A stretch of DNA of 45,853 nt from a virus (lineage: Duplodnaviria > Heunggongvirae > Uroviricota > Caudoviricetes). The translations under genes were made by a program, and so were the position numbers. Shown piece by piece: positions 18,848 to 28,202 of this stretch. The notes below the pieces were generated by a model. That model was not told where the DNA came from and searched no databases. It saw only the letters and a list, made by a program, of their open reading frames with translations. The stretch is taken from positions 1 through 45,853 of IMG/VR virus record IMGVR_UViG_3300014890_000015; one strand, 5' to 3'. Every line of letters starts with the position of its first letter. The stretch's first letter is position 1.

Positions 18848-19661
18848 GTTTGCCCTTCTCCGTTAAAAATTCGTCGGGTAGTTTCTGAGGGGCGTAGATC
18901 GGCAGTGCATCGCAACTGCAATAAACCTCCTCCCCGGCAGCAGTGATTTCGTCATAAAAACCATATACGGGCTTAATCAGCCCCTGCTCCAGCGCCCACG
19001 AATCGCGGAGGAGATAAATTTTCTCGTCGCGCTCTTTGTGGTCCTGTCGGTATTTGTAGCCCGGACGCCGCCAGTTAGAATGCCAGCGCAGAGCAATCGC
19101 ACCACTCTGAACAGCCAGCAGATACTTAACGTTGCTCGCCAGCTTATGTCCCTGGTCAATTGCCACCCGGCGACTGATAAAATCCATATCCTTCACGGAC
19201 TTCTGAAAACCGGACTTCACTTCCCGGCGATCAATTTCGCTCACCCCGTCAGGCGGAATGGACGTAACCCATCCCTGAAAACGCTGTATGGTTTTCTCGA
19301 TAGCCTGTTCGCGGTTGAGTTTTATCAGGTTGGCACTGGCGAAAATTCGCCTGTCGAGTTCCTTGCGAAACTCAGGTTTCAGTTTTTCAACAGTGATTTT
19401 TTTAGGGCCGTCAGGAGGCTGATCCCGTAATGCCCCGCCGTCGATGACAAGACGGCTGTAGATAGCGGTGAGGTGTTTTCTGGCTACGGTATCATCAGGG
19501 GTTTCTCGCTGAGCGGCTACACGGAGTTTCCGGCACCATTCGAGCAATGATTTTTCGCTATCCCACCCGTGATTTACGTAGTAGTTAACGGCATCCGTCA
19601 GAACCTCATATAGCGTCCTGATCCGTTTCTTCTTCCTCACCGCCCGGCTGGAAATTGCCAT
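18828..19661 (-). CDS. head morphogenesis protein (Mu gpF / SPP1 gp7-like position)
   Basis: Start at ATG 19661 with GGAGA RBS; follows portal gene. Confidence 0.4.
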   Translation of the reverse strand: MAISSRAVRKKKRIRTLYEVLTDAVNYYVNHGWDSEKSLLEWCRKLRVAAQRETPDDTVARKHLTAIYSRLVIDGGALRDQPPDGPKKITVEKLKPEFRKELDRRIFASANLIKLNREQAIEKTIQRFQGWVTSIPPDGVSEIDRREVKSGFQKSVKDMDFISRRVAIDQGHKLASNVKYLLAVQSGAIALRWHSNWRRPGYKYRQDHKERDEKIYLLRDSWALEQGLIKPVYGFYDEITAAGEEVYCSCDALPIYAPQKLPDEFLTEKGKREFNRA

Positions 19662-21042
19662 CAGGCGTCTCCTGCTTCGGTGGTTCATAATTCGCCAGCG
19701 CGTCCACATCAATGATGAGTGGAGCTTCGCCATAGGTTTGCGTGGCATTAACAAGGCTTGCCAGCCATTCAGTGACGGCGGCACGGTTTTCAGGATCAAC
19801 CTGTGGCGACACGGCAGAGAAAAGTGCTATCGCCTGTTGAATCACTTTACTGTCGCTTTCCCGGCGTTTGTCCGGCGACTCCTCCACCAGCTCCTGCCAT
19901 GTCGCGGTAAATTCACGTCGCCACTGGTAAAACGTGGTTTTATAGTCATCAGTTATGATGTCCGGGTAATCATTTTTCAGCGACTGATAAAATTCCTCGT
20001 TCCAGGCGATGTACTGCACCAGGCGCTCGAAATAATCCATCACAGGTTCAATCTGCTGGCGTACACCATCGATATACTGGCTGATGGCTTTCGAATCTTC
20101 GGTCCCCTCACCGAAACCATTCGAAAAGGCTTCCTCTTTAATGAGGATCGCCGGAACGTCACTCCCTGACGCAATATCGGAAATAATATTGTCGCGTGCA
20201 GCGTTTAGCGCACCATCGATGTTTTGTAGATTCAGCGAGGTAACGTCCTCATCCTTCCCGATACTAAGCACACCTTTATTTTTTGCCTCTTTGACGTTTT
20301 CCCTTTTTCGTCCCGTGGCGGCAGCCATGATCCCGTCAAGTTTCGAACCGTACTGCACAACTTTAGCTACCAGTACGCCCGCCTTCTGGCTGACGAGATC
20401 ATTCGCCTCCATCGTGTTGATATAGGATTTCAGGGAATAAAGAACGCGCTGAAACACACTTCGTCCGGTGAATCCGAACGATGAACTCTGAAACTCCAGA
20501 TAAATCGGTGTGCCGTTGAAGATTTTCAGTGTGCGTGACGGATGCCAGTCTTTCCCACCAATCTTCAGTTTTTTATTGGCTTCCTGGAAAAACGGGCTGT
20601 TGGGGTTCTGGTCAGTCACCATCGAACCGGAAGCGTTCAACGGGTCCCACGCGTTGATATACACGTCATCTTCTGTCAGTCCGAACGTCGGAAGCGGTTC
20701 ACGACATGGAACGCTGTCGGTGCCCACGCCGATCGCTGCAGCACCGTAGCAACGAGACAGAAAAAACAGATTTTTAATCTTCTCGTTGACCTTCATGCGT
20801 TCCCATACCTCCTGAAAACGCCTCACAACCCTCTCGTCAGGGTCTGTCTCCACGTTATACTGGCGCGGCTTACACATCGCCATCAGTATGGGTTTTTCGA
20901 CAAGTTTTCCGCCCAGAGGATGGAATTGCCACAGCTGCTTACACAATTCATAGCCAATGTCGGTTCCCGGCTGAATTTCTTCAGCCTCAAGAATATGCAT
21001 CAGTGCTGAACCGAGGCCGCCAGTAATCTCGATCTCTGCCAT
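19606..21042 (-). CDS. portal protein
   Basis: 479 aa directly after terminase large subunit; acidic C-terminus. Confidence 0.5.
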   Translation of the reverse strand: MAEIEITGGLGSALMHILEAEEIQPGTDIGYELCKQLWQFHPLGGKLVEKPILMAMCKPRQYNVETDPDERVVRRFQEVWERMKVNEKIKNLFFLSRCYGAAAIGVGTDSVPCREPLPTFGLTEDDVYINAWDPLNASGSMVTDQNPNSPFFQEANKKLKIGGKDWHPSRTLKIFNGTPIYLEFQSSSFGFTGRSVFQRVLYSLKSYINTMEANDLVSQKAGVLVAKVVQYGSKLDGIMAAATGRKRENVKEAKNKGVLSIGKDEDVTSLNLQNIDGALNAARDNIISDIASGSDVPAILIKEEAFSNGFGEGTEDSKAISQYIDGVRQQIEPVMDYFERLVQYIAWNEEFYQSLKNDYPDIITDDYKTTFYQWRREFTATWQELVEESPDKRRESDSKVIQQAIALFSAVSPQVDPENRAAVTEWLASLVNATQTYGEAPLIIDVDALANYEPPKQETPDGNFQPGGEEEETDQDAI

Positions 21043-21060
21043 CAAAAATATCCTGATTTT

Positions 21061-22389
21061 TTACAACGCCGCGTAATTACCGTGCGCGATAATCAATCCA
21101 TAGGTATAACAATCGAAAAGGTCATCAGCACGTTTATGCGCGTCTTTGTCTGCCAGGTGGAACCCGGCGATTTGTTTAATGAGGTGGTTTGCGGTGGTAC
21201 GTTTGAATGAAACGGTCTTGTCGTAAGCCTCCCGGACGATTTTGCACATCCCCTGATAGTGGTAGCTGGATGCCATCACCGCCCGTTCGTCTTTACCTTT
21301 GCTGGTCAGTGCCGATTTAATCGGCGTCATATCCCAGCCTTCGGTTTCCGCCTTCTGGGTGAGGATTGCCCCCATCGCGGCGTCTTCCATAAAAATTCCC
21401 TGGCTGCCCAGACGCGGACGGCATAATTTCGCGAGGCGCTCGAGGTTGTCATAAACGCCGGGGATATATTCAGGAAGCAATGACGCTTTAATTTGCGTCA
21501 CATCCCAGTCAATAATCGTCAGTTTTGGCTCGTCCGAATACGTTGACTCATAAGCGAAATACACCACGCCAGTACCATCATTTTCGGTCCCGCCTTTCAA
21601 CGCCGTATCCATCACTGCGAAAATCATGTCGCAGTGCGGCGGCATCTCAACCGGCTGACCGTCCACCAGCAGCTTATCGACATCGAGTAACGCATCTTTG
21701 GACCAGTCCACGAACTCGGCAAGATATTCCTGCTGCCAGACGCGCGGATCGGATTTCTTCTCCGTTTCCTCCAGTTCTTCTTTCGGAATGTACGGATTCG
21801 ACGAAGTTGGCGCATGGTGCATGACAAATCCCAGGGATTCATCGTGGCATATCGCGTAGAAAAAATTGCTCTCGTCGATGCCGTTTGGTGTGGAAAATAC
21901 CCACGCACAGCCGCGGTAATCGACAAGCGTCGGGCGTATAGCGCGGGGCCAGATTTCCTCGAGCATTTCCGGCGATTTAGTGAATGCGGCCTCATCAATC
22001 AGCACAGCGTGATATTTACGCCCACGCCCGGCCAGTTTGTTATTGTCCGTTACCCAAAAGTCGATGCGCCCCCCATTACGGAGAATGATGCGCTTTTCAT
22101 TTTTTGACTGACTGAGGATCAGCGGTTGCAGAACGGCGCTAATTTCATCCCAGATTTCCTGGTACTGGCGGTATTGCGCGGTAAAAATCCCCACCCTACC
22201 CGCGATAAGTTGCCCGGTGGTAGGAACGGCAAATTTCCGCGTAGCGAAACTGGTAGCGATGTTCACCAGCATCACCGTTTTACCCCAGCGACGACCACAG
22301 CATACCGCGTGGAAGCGTTCCTCTATTGCCGCCGTCCATGCAGCTATTTGCCCCTCATGAGGTTTTGGGAGGTAGATTTCAATCGACAT
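21061..22389 (-). CDS. terminase large subunit
   Basis: Walker A-like CCGRRWGKT, Walker B-like VLIDEAA, and STPNG / EYLAEF nuclease-region motifs. Confidence 0.7.
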   Translation of the reverse strand: MSIEIYLPKPHEGQIAAWTAAIEERFHAVCCGRRWGKTVMLVNIATSFATRKFAVPTTGQLIAGRVGIFTAQYRQYQEIWDEISAVLQPLILSQSKNEKRIILRNGGRIDFWVTDNNKLAGRGRKYHAVLIDEAAFTKSPEMLEEIWPRAIRPTLVDYRGCAWVFSTPNGIDESNFFYAICHDESLGFVMHHAPTSSNPYIPKEELEETEKKSDPRVWQQEYLAEFVDWSKDALLDVDKLLVDGQPVEMPPHCDMIFAVMDTALKGGTENDGTGVVYFAYESTYSDEPKLTIIDWDVTQIKASLLPEYIPGVYDNLERLAKLCRPRLGSQGIFMEDAAMGAILTQKAETEGWDMTPIKSALTSKGKDERAVMASSYHYQGMCKIVREAYDKTVSFKRTTANHLIKQIAGFHLADKDAHKRADDLFDCYTYGLIIAHGNYAAL

Positions 22390-23470
22390 TATCCACTCCC
22401 GGCATCGGCAAAGAGTTGTGGATAATTATTTCGTTATTCTCACCACCCACGCCTTTTTTGAGGTTTTCAATCTCAGTGCGCAGCTTTTCGTTGCGAAGCC
22501 TCAGTCCTTCAAGCTCCAGATCATTGCGACTGTCAGTTGCACCACCAGCAGAACTTCCTTTCGTCGCCATTATCAGCTTGATAAGTTCGCGCCGGGCGGC
22601 AGCCTTATCCTCCAGCAGGATCTCAACACCAAATTTCCCGAGCTTTGCCCCTGCATATAATTGCCGCGCATCCCCATCAAGCAGAGTGGTATCAGCCATA
22701 TAAAGCTGCCCCGTTCCCTCACCGCAGCACTTCGGGCAGTCCGGATTGGGTATGGCGTTATCAACAAAGCCGAGGCCTCCATATTCCGGCTCGGGTTTGC
22801 CATCTCTGGAGGCCTGTGCCGCTGCCTTATCGAATTCTGCAATATCACGCCACTGGTAGAGATGATTCTCGCCCCAGCAATAACGGCAGTTAACACGGCG
22901 AAATTGTGCAAGCTGATTGGGGTCGGCCTGGACAATGGCCATCAACTGACTCACCAGTAAATCCAGGTCTGCGGTATAGCGTTTCTGGTACTGATTGCGG
23001 AAATAGCTGATGGCACGATAAACCTTAGGATTTCTTAGGAGCTGGCTGGCAGTGACGTAGGCCGCATTCCCCTCTGACTCGTATCCTGCCAGGCGATATG
23101 CCTCAACGAGTTTTCTCCCCTGTGCAACCAGCATCGCAAACTTAGCCTGCTGGTCAGAAATGCCGAATTCATCGGGACAGAATGAAATTTTCTCTGCGTC
23201 GCCCTCATTCAGGCGCGCATCGGATACTGACTTTTTTATCTGAGATTTTCCGTTCCGCTTTTGCGCAGTCTGCGCAGATTTTTTCTGCGCACTTTTTTGC
23301 GCAGTTTTGCACATTTCTGTCTGCGCATTTTTCGGAGGTTTTTTGATGTAACGACGGGCTGTTGCGTAATTCAGTCCCCTTGCTTCACACCATGCCACCG
23401 GAGATATACCGTAGCGGGTGTATTCAGCAATATACTCCTGCTGCAACGCCCCCCAGTCCGGTCTGCTCAT
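22379..23470 (-). CDS. terminase small subunit (DNA-binding, Zn-ribbon containing)
   Basis: N-terminal HTH-like segment, CPKCCGEG motif, overlaps terL start; contains AQK-type repeats. Confidence 0.5.
   Translation of the reverse strand: MSRPDWGALQQEYIAEYTRYGISPVAWCEARGLNYATARRYIKKPPKNAQTEMCKTAQKSAQKKSAQTAQKRNGKSQIKKSVSDARLNEGDAEKISFCPDEFGISDQQAKFAMLVAQGRKLVEAYRLAGYESEGNAAYVTASQLLRNPKVYRAISYFRNQYQKRYTADLDLLVSQLMAIVQADPNQLAQFRRVNCRYCWGENHLYQWRDIAEFDKAAAQASRDGKPEPEYGGLGFVDNAIPNPDCPKCCGEGTGQLYMADTTLLDGDARQLYAGAKLGKFGVEILLEDKAAARRELIKLIMATKGSSAGGATDSRNDLELEGLRLRNEKLRTEIENLKKGVGGENNEIIIHNSLPMPGVDNVD
23262..23328. repeat. five spaced copies of TGCGCA(G/C/T) inside terS 5' region (candidate pac/terminase-binding repeats)
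   Basis: Copies at about 23262, 23271, 23286, 23298, 23322. Confidence 0.4.
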
Positions 23471-23736
23471 CAGTTAGTCCTGATTTTTATCCACCCTGAG
23501 TAGTTCGCGCAGGGCAAAGGCATCCCCTTTTCTGGCAAGCTTAAACAATGCCGCCCGTAGCTCGGCTTCACCTTTCGCTCTGCCCTTACGGATGGACGCA
23601 TAAAAATTTCTCGCTCATACAGCCTCGCTTTATGAATAAAAAAGCCCGCTATCGGCCAGTGCGCTGGGTGCGCGGCGGGTGCCGATGACGAGCTTTGGCA
23701 TTATCGCAGCCCCTCACAGAAGAGCTGCTGTAATGC

Positions 23737-23916
23737 CTAACCATCCTGATGTTGTTGTGATTTCGCATTAACTAAGTCAATGAAGTCCTGGCACATTTCA
23801 AGACGATGACCATGATCATCGACAAAGTTATAACGCCGAAATATATCAATAATTTCATTGGGACTTTTCCCCGCAATATGAGGATATTGTTTTGATTCGT
23901 AATTATGTTTCATCAT
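23737..23916 (-). CDS. hypothetical protein (59 aa)
   Basis: ATGATG start preceded by GGAGA RBS; no family recognised. Confidence 0.4.
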   Translation of the reverse strand: MMKHNYESKQYPHIAGKSPNEIIDIFRRYNFVDDHGHRLEMCQDFIDLVNAKSQQHQDG

Positions 23917-24104
23917 CAAATCTCCAGTCAGTTGGGTATGATTCAGCAACTCTCACACTGGAAATAGCCTTTCACAATGGAGGTATCTATCAATACTCTG
24001 GTGTTCCATCCAGGATCTATCAGGGTCTTATGAATGCCAGTTCAAAAGGCCAGTATTTTCACCAATTCATTAAAAATGTGTATCCATACCGTAAGGTAGG
24101 CTAA
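23892..24104 (+). CDS. KTSC-domain protein
   Basis: SSSNLQSVGYD...LEIAFHNGGIYQYSGVP..IYQGLMNASSKGQYF pattern typical of KTSC domain; TTG start inferred; followed by hairpin 24110-24133. Confidence 0.5.
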   Translation: MIRNYVSSSNLQSVGYDSATLTLEIAFHNGGIYQYSGVPSRIYQGLMNASSKGQYFHQFIKNVYPYRKVG

Positions 24105-24230
24105 CCTTCAGTGGGGGAGAAGAGCATCCCCCACATTCATATATCAACCAGATTAGATAACAGAATTTCATGCCTCCTAGACAATGGCGCCCTTTCATTT
24201 TTCAGCGAAATATTCTGCCCTTACAGGTGA

Positions 24231-24413
24231 TCAGTTCTGCAGGCACTGCCGAACACCGTCGACAATTTCACAGACCTGAGAAGCTGTATCGAAAAGCTGG
24301 CGCGCCTTATCCAGACTGACGCATCCCACCAGAAAAAAAGGCACCAGTATCGCTACCAGTGCCCATTTCGCCGCCGTTCGCGGCATTCTGTGCGTCCAGT
24401 GTTTTCTGCTCAT
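24231..24413 (-). CDS. lysis-associated lipoprotein (possible o-spanin-like)
   Basis: Basic N-region, hydrophobic core and LVGC lipobox; AGGTG RBS; immediately downstream of endolysin. Confidence 0.4.
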   Translation of the reverse strand: MSRKHWTHRMPRTAAKWALVAILVPFFLVGCVSLDKARQLFDTASQVCEIVDGVRQCLQN

Positions 24414-24427
24414 AACACACCTGGTTA

Positions 24428-24811
24428 TCAGCGTTTCAACTGAAAGTGAGGCCCGTCTTTCAGTGTTTTCCAGTCCCCGCCCCATTCGATGGCAGTCCCC
24501 AGCTCTGCGGCAGCCTGCTTAAATGCCTGCGCGATTTTCTCGTACAGAGGCCAGTCCCATGACACCTGGCTGCCAACGTAGGCCACAACATCCACCGCAT
24601 CACCGGTCAGGTGGCGGCTGTTCATGGTCTGGCTCTTACCTTCTGCAACCAGCTGTTTCTGGCGATACTTACTGCGCAGGCCTTCCGTAATACCGAAATC
24701 AACCTCCGTCAGCTCCAGCGCACGGCGAACGACAGCAACCAGCTGTGGTTTGACGCCCTCCAGATTTTTTTCACTGCGACGGCTGAATCTGAATTTACCC
24801 GACATATTCAC
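24428..24811 (-). CDS. endolysin, peptidase M15-type (L-Ala-D-Glu / D-Ala-D-Ala peptidase fold)
   Basis: SRHLTGDAVD and WGGDW...DGPHFQ motifs; ATGA coupling to upstream membrane protein. Confidence 0.65.
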   Translation of the reverse strand: MNMSGKFRFSRRSEKNLEGVKPQLVAVVRRALELTEVDFGITEGLRSKYRQKQLVAEGKSQTMNSRHLTGDAVDVVAYVGSQVSWDWPLYEKIAQAFKQAAAELGTAIEWGGDWKTLKDGPHFQLKR

Positions 24812-25083
24812 CTCAACAATGGAAAGATTTTTGTGACGTTCCCGCGTGCGCGTATTACCAGCACGCAGAACAAGAGATTAAAAAACACTTCCAGCCAGCC
24901 CGTTACTAACGGACGACCGCACAGATAGCTGAGGGGCACAAGGGCATAAAGCAGCATCAGCAGCCAGGCCAGCCATGACATCAGCGGTTTGTGTCTCGAC
25001 TCACCACGACGATAAAAAAAGAGCGTCAGCACGATAACCGTGCTTAACACCACATTCAGTAATCCGGGAAGGTTACTTAACAT
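24808..25083 (-). CDS. small membrane protein (holin/antiholin-like)
   Basis: About 91 aa with two hydrophobic helices; GGAGG RBS; between holin-like gene and endolysin. Confidence 0.4.
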   Translation of the reverse strand: MLSNLPGLLNVVLSTVIVLTLFFYRRGESRHKPLMSWLAWLLMLLYALVPLSYLCGRPLVTGWLEVFFNLLFCVLVIRARGNVTKIFPLLR

Positions 25084-25462
25084 TACCGCCTCCACCCCGC
25101 AGACGGGAGAACAGCCCGGATACCAGCGATGCGATATCCTGCTGGTGGATGAATGAGAGAATCTTCACCGACACCACCGATACCAGTACCGCGCAAAGCG
25201 CGTCGAGAGATGTGCTGTGGAGATTCAGTTTTTCAACCAGGTAAGACGCCATCACATCCGCCCCCAGCACGCCAACAATGAACGACACCAGAAAATGCGC
25301 TGCCACACGCCAGACAGAAATCTGCTGTGGTATCGTGGCCACAAACAGCGCCCCTGCGAATGCACCAAACACAATCCCGAAATCCGTTCCGGTAAACAGC
25401 CCGAATACCGTCGCCCCACCGAGCGCCGCAGCCGTGCCGGAACCGGACAAGGGTTCAGGCAT
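25073..25462 (-). CDS. holin-like membrane protein
   Basis: 130 aa, Gly/Ala-rich TM helices; AGGAGA RBS 6 nt upstream of ATG 25462; first gene of lysis cassette. Confidence 0.45.
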   Translation of the reverse strand: MPEPLSGSGTAAALGGATVFGLFTGTDFGIVFGAFAGALFVATIPQQISVWRVAAHFLVSFIVGVLGADVMASYLVEKLNLHSTSLDALCAVLVSVVSVKILSFIHQQDIASLVSGLFSRLRGGGGNVK

Positions 25463-25778
25463 ACTTTTTCTCCTGTAAATAAAAAAGGGCCTCCAGCGGC
25501 CCGGTAATTGACAACATCCCATCAAAAGCACCCGAAAATGCCTTTTGTGTGACGTTGTCTGATGGAATGAATAAAAAGTTAAGCGGATAAATAAGGGTTA
25601 CCAGAAATTAAGATTAATTTATATGTTTAAACAATATCTTTTTATTAGTAGTATTCATGTGCTCCGGAAGGAGAATGTAATTAAGTCAAACTTCATGGAC
25701 TTTGTCCCGCGGTCTTAATCCGACGACCGCGCTACTTTTTCACCCTCTCGCAAATTGCTATCTAAAGGACTTTGTCCC

Positions 25779-25810
25779 ACGAGTATTCCAGGATGCTCGT
25801 GTCTTTTTTT
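25779..25810 (+). terminator. plus-strand terminator-like hairpin (CACGAG...CTCGTG + T7)
   Basis: Stem-loop followed by TCTTTTTTT on the plus strand, antisense to late operon. Confidence 0.35.
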
Positions 25811-25826
25811 GTCCTGAGGAAGGAAT

Positions 25827-25852
25827 AAAAAAAACCGCCAGATATGGCGGTT
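25827..25852 (-). terminator. strong rho-independent terminator on late-operon strand
   Basis: AACCGCC-ATATCT-GGCGGTT followed by T8 on the minus strand. Confidence 0.55.
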
Positions 25853-26210
25853 GGTCAATGCATGAGATAAATCATTTTATTGTAATAAGAATCGAGGTAT
25901 CGGGTGCCTCCCGAAATATCCATCCCTACAACAGATATTGTGATTCCCCGCTAAACCACTATCTAAACCACCCTCGCACTGAGGAACACCTCTGCGGTGC
26001 TTTTACAACACCAGAATGATGCATCACCGACCCTGCCAGGAAATACAAAATCTCCACCGATAATGCACCATTCTGCTGCCGTAAAAAAATTAGCACTGTG
26101 ACTACAACCGACCTCCAATCATAGTCAGAGAACGGATTGTCTTTTTAAAACAACCCACCCCACGTAATAAAAAATACGCCAGTGCCACGATACAATAAGG
26201 CTTGTTTCTC

Positions 26211-26285
<75 letters not shown>

Positions 26286-26288
26286 ATA

Positions 26289-26364
<76 letters not shown>

Positions 26365-26600
26365 ATTGGTTCTTCAGGGGAGCGATATCACCGAGCAAAG
26401 AAGAGTTCCCCCTCAGAACCGTTTTCGATGATACGATTTAATATTCCAATCGCAACAACACTTTGCGTCAAGTTATGTAAATTATTTATATGTTTTTATT
26501 TTATGTGAATAATTCACTTTCACTTAAAATATATACAACAACATATAAATAAATTTATTTTGAAGGCGATGATTAAATGTCGTTTCTGATATCACACCAC

Positions 26601-26630
26601 AGAAACAACAAAACCCGCTCAATGGCGGGT
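26601..26630 (-). terminator. tR-prime-like terminator downstream of Q
   Basis: ACCCGC-CATTGA-GCGGGT hairpin followed by T-rich tract on the late-transcript strand. Confidence 0.45.
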
Positions 26631-26714
26631 TCTGGTAAAGTTCATGCGCTTGACTCGCCTCGCGATACAGCTTTGCGAAGCATACCGGAATTGAAGCAGT
26701 TTATGCGTAAAAAA

Positions 26715-27257
26715 TCAAACTATTTTTTGAGCAAATGATTCTCGCATGGGAATATATAGGGCATACTCAGCAACAGCCAACCAATTAGCAATTCGCTTTT
26801 CGCATGTGCTAAAACACCACTCAGGATGTGCATCATTCAGCAATTCAGCCATTTTGCGCTTAGTCATCCCCCTCCCTTCATATCGTTGCCGGAGGATACA
26901 AATCAATCCTGGGTGTTCTGCCAGCACTTCACTAATCACACGATCAATGCATAACGCCTCTGCATCAGTACAATGCACCAGCCAGCTTTTTTGCTTGCCG
27001 TTGATCATATCCCGCAAAAAAGCCTCAAGTTCAGGTTTGTCCAGACCTGCTTTTTTCATCCTCCGGAGCGCCTCGTTAATTGCCGTTTTTGTCAGCTTTT
27101 TAGAGGTCAGCAACTGGTTGAACATATTTCCCGTCTTACCGCCGCCAATATACGACCAGCGCCCCCACATGCGCAGTTTTCCCTGAATCCAGACACTTTC
27201 CAGCGTGGTGAGACGAAGGTGTTCCCCGCTTTTGCCTGTATTTGTTGGGTAAATCAT
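26715..27257 (-). CDS. late-gene antitermination protein Q-like
   Basis: 180 aa from ATG 27257 (ATGA overlap with upstream gene); lambdoid position before late promoter, tRNAs and lysis genes. Confidence 0.6.
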   Translation of the reverse strand: MIYPTNTGKSGEHLRLTTLESVWIQGKLRMWGRWSYIGGGKTGNMFNQLLTSKKLTKTAINEALRRMKKAGLDKPELEAFLRDMINGKQKSWLVHCTDAEALCIDRVISEVLAEHPGLICILRQRYEGRGMTKRKMAELLNDAHPEWCFSTCEKRIANWLAVAEYALYIPMRESFAQKIV

Positions 27258-27544
27258 AAATAACCTTCCTTTCTCCAGATTTCTTGCGTACGAAAAACAC
27301 CTTCTGCATGCATCAGGCGTAATTCTTCTTTGGTGTAATCGCTGGTTTTTACCCGCCCGTCGATTAAATCGTGGCATGAGCTGCAGGCAATCGCTGCCTG
27401 CATATCGTGTGGTTTTGTCGCTGTTCCGCACGTCCCCGCCAGCCTGTAATGCGCCAGCACAGATGTTTCGGGATTGTGATTGCAGTAGCCAGGAATTCTG
27501 ACGGTGCACATCTGCCCCCGCGCCGCTTTACGTAAATCCACCAT
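27254..27544 (-). CDS. DUF1364-like Cys-rich nin-region protein (YbcO-like)
   Basis: 96 aa with C..C...C..H Cys/His pattern; resemblance to DLP12 YbcO recalled from memory. Confidence 0.5.
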   Translation of the reverse strand: MVDLRKAARGQMCTVRIPGYCNHNPETSVLAHYRLAGTCGTATKPHDMQAAIACSSCHDLIDGRVKTSDYTKEELRLMHAEGVFRTQEIWRKEGYL

Positions 27545-28143
27545 TACGCAAACTCCAGTAACTGTGCGGCCACATTTTCGACTTCCTCCGGAGAGGAAAA
27601 TTTACGGAACAGGATCCAGTTCCACAGCACATTCAGTACAGATTTATAAACCTGCTGAAACTCGGTTTCGTCCATGTTCGCAAATGCGATAGATTTTGCC
27701 CTGCGCCCACGACTACCATCAGGATAAATATGCTCGGTGTAAAATCCTGCCTGAATGGTTACCCACTCGCGGAAAGCGTCAAACGACTTTAGCAATGCCG
27801 TATCCCGGGTTCTGCGTGTCGCAACTGTATTCAGATATTGCTCTGCGGCTTCGCTCAGAGCTGGCGTATGTTCCCGGCCTACTGATTCGCACAGATAATC
27901 AACGAAACCGGACACCAGTTTTCGTTCGCGAGGAGTGATCGCCCCACCGACCGGAGTCCAGTAATCGAATCCGAGTTGCAGAAGTTTGAAAAAACGCTTA
28001 TGGAATGCGTAGTTACGAACGCGCTTAAAATCAGCGTGTATCCACTCGCCTATTTTGATTTGATGCAGAAAATCACAACTCTCCGGCGTCGCCGGGAGAA
28101 GTAATCCGGAAGAGGTTTGTTTGACCAGTTGTATATGCGCCAT
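27544..28143 (-). CDS. DUF1367-like nin-region protein (YbcN-like)
   Basis: ATG 28143 with TGGAGA RBS; family assignment from memory and synteny. Confidence 0.45.
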   Translation of the reverse strand: MAHIQLVKQTSSGLLLPATPESCDFLHQIKIGEWIHADFKRVRNYAFHKRFFKLLQLGFDYWTPVGGAITPRERKLVSGFVDYLCESVGREHTPALSEAAEQYLNTVATRRTRDTALLKSFDAFREWVTIQAGFYTEHIYPDGSRGRRAKSIAFANMDETEFQQVYKSVLNVLWNWILFRKFSSPEEVENVAAQLLEFA

Positions 28144-28202
28144 TGCTGTCTCCAATGGCGCTGTAGGTTGCCAGTTGTTCAGGCTGGCTTACGAATTATA
28201 AC

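Noticed and set aside
23262-23328. Short spaced repeats as a CRISPR array
   Set aside because: Repeats are 7 bp, irregularly spaced and inside a coding gene; no cas genes anywhere in the window.
21061-23470. Long terS (363 aa) and short terL (442 aa) as a mis-split single gene
   Set aside because: terL has its own Walker A near the N-terminus and the two frames overlap by 11 nt as separate coupled genes; no evidence of a frameshift joining them.
25702-26019. 105-aa plus-strand ORF in the late non-coding region
   Set aside because: No RBS, opposite to late transcription, crosses terminator hairpins; treated as non-coding structured DNA.
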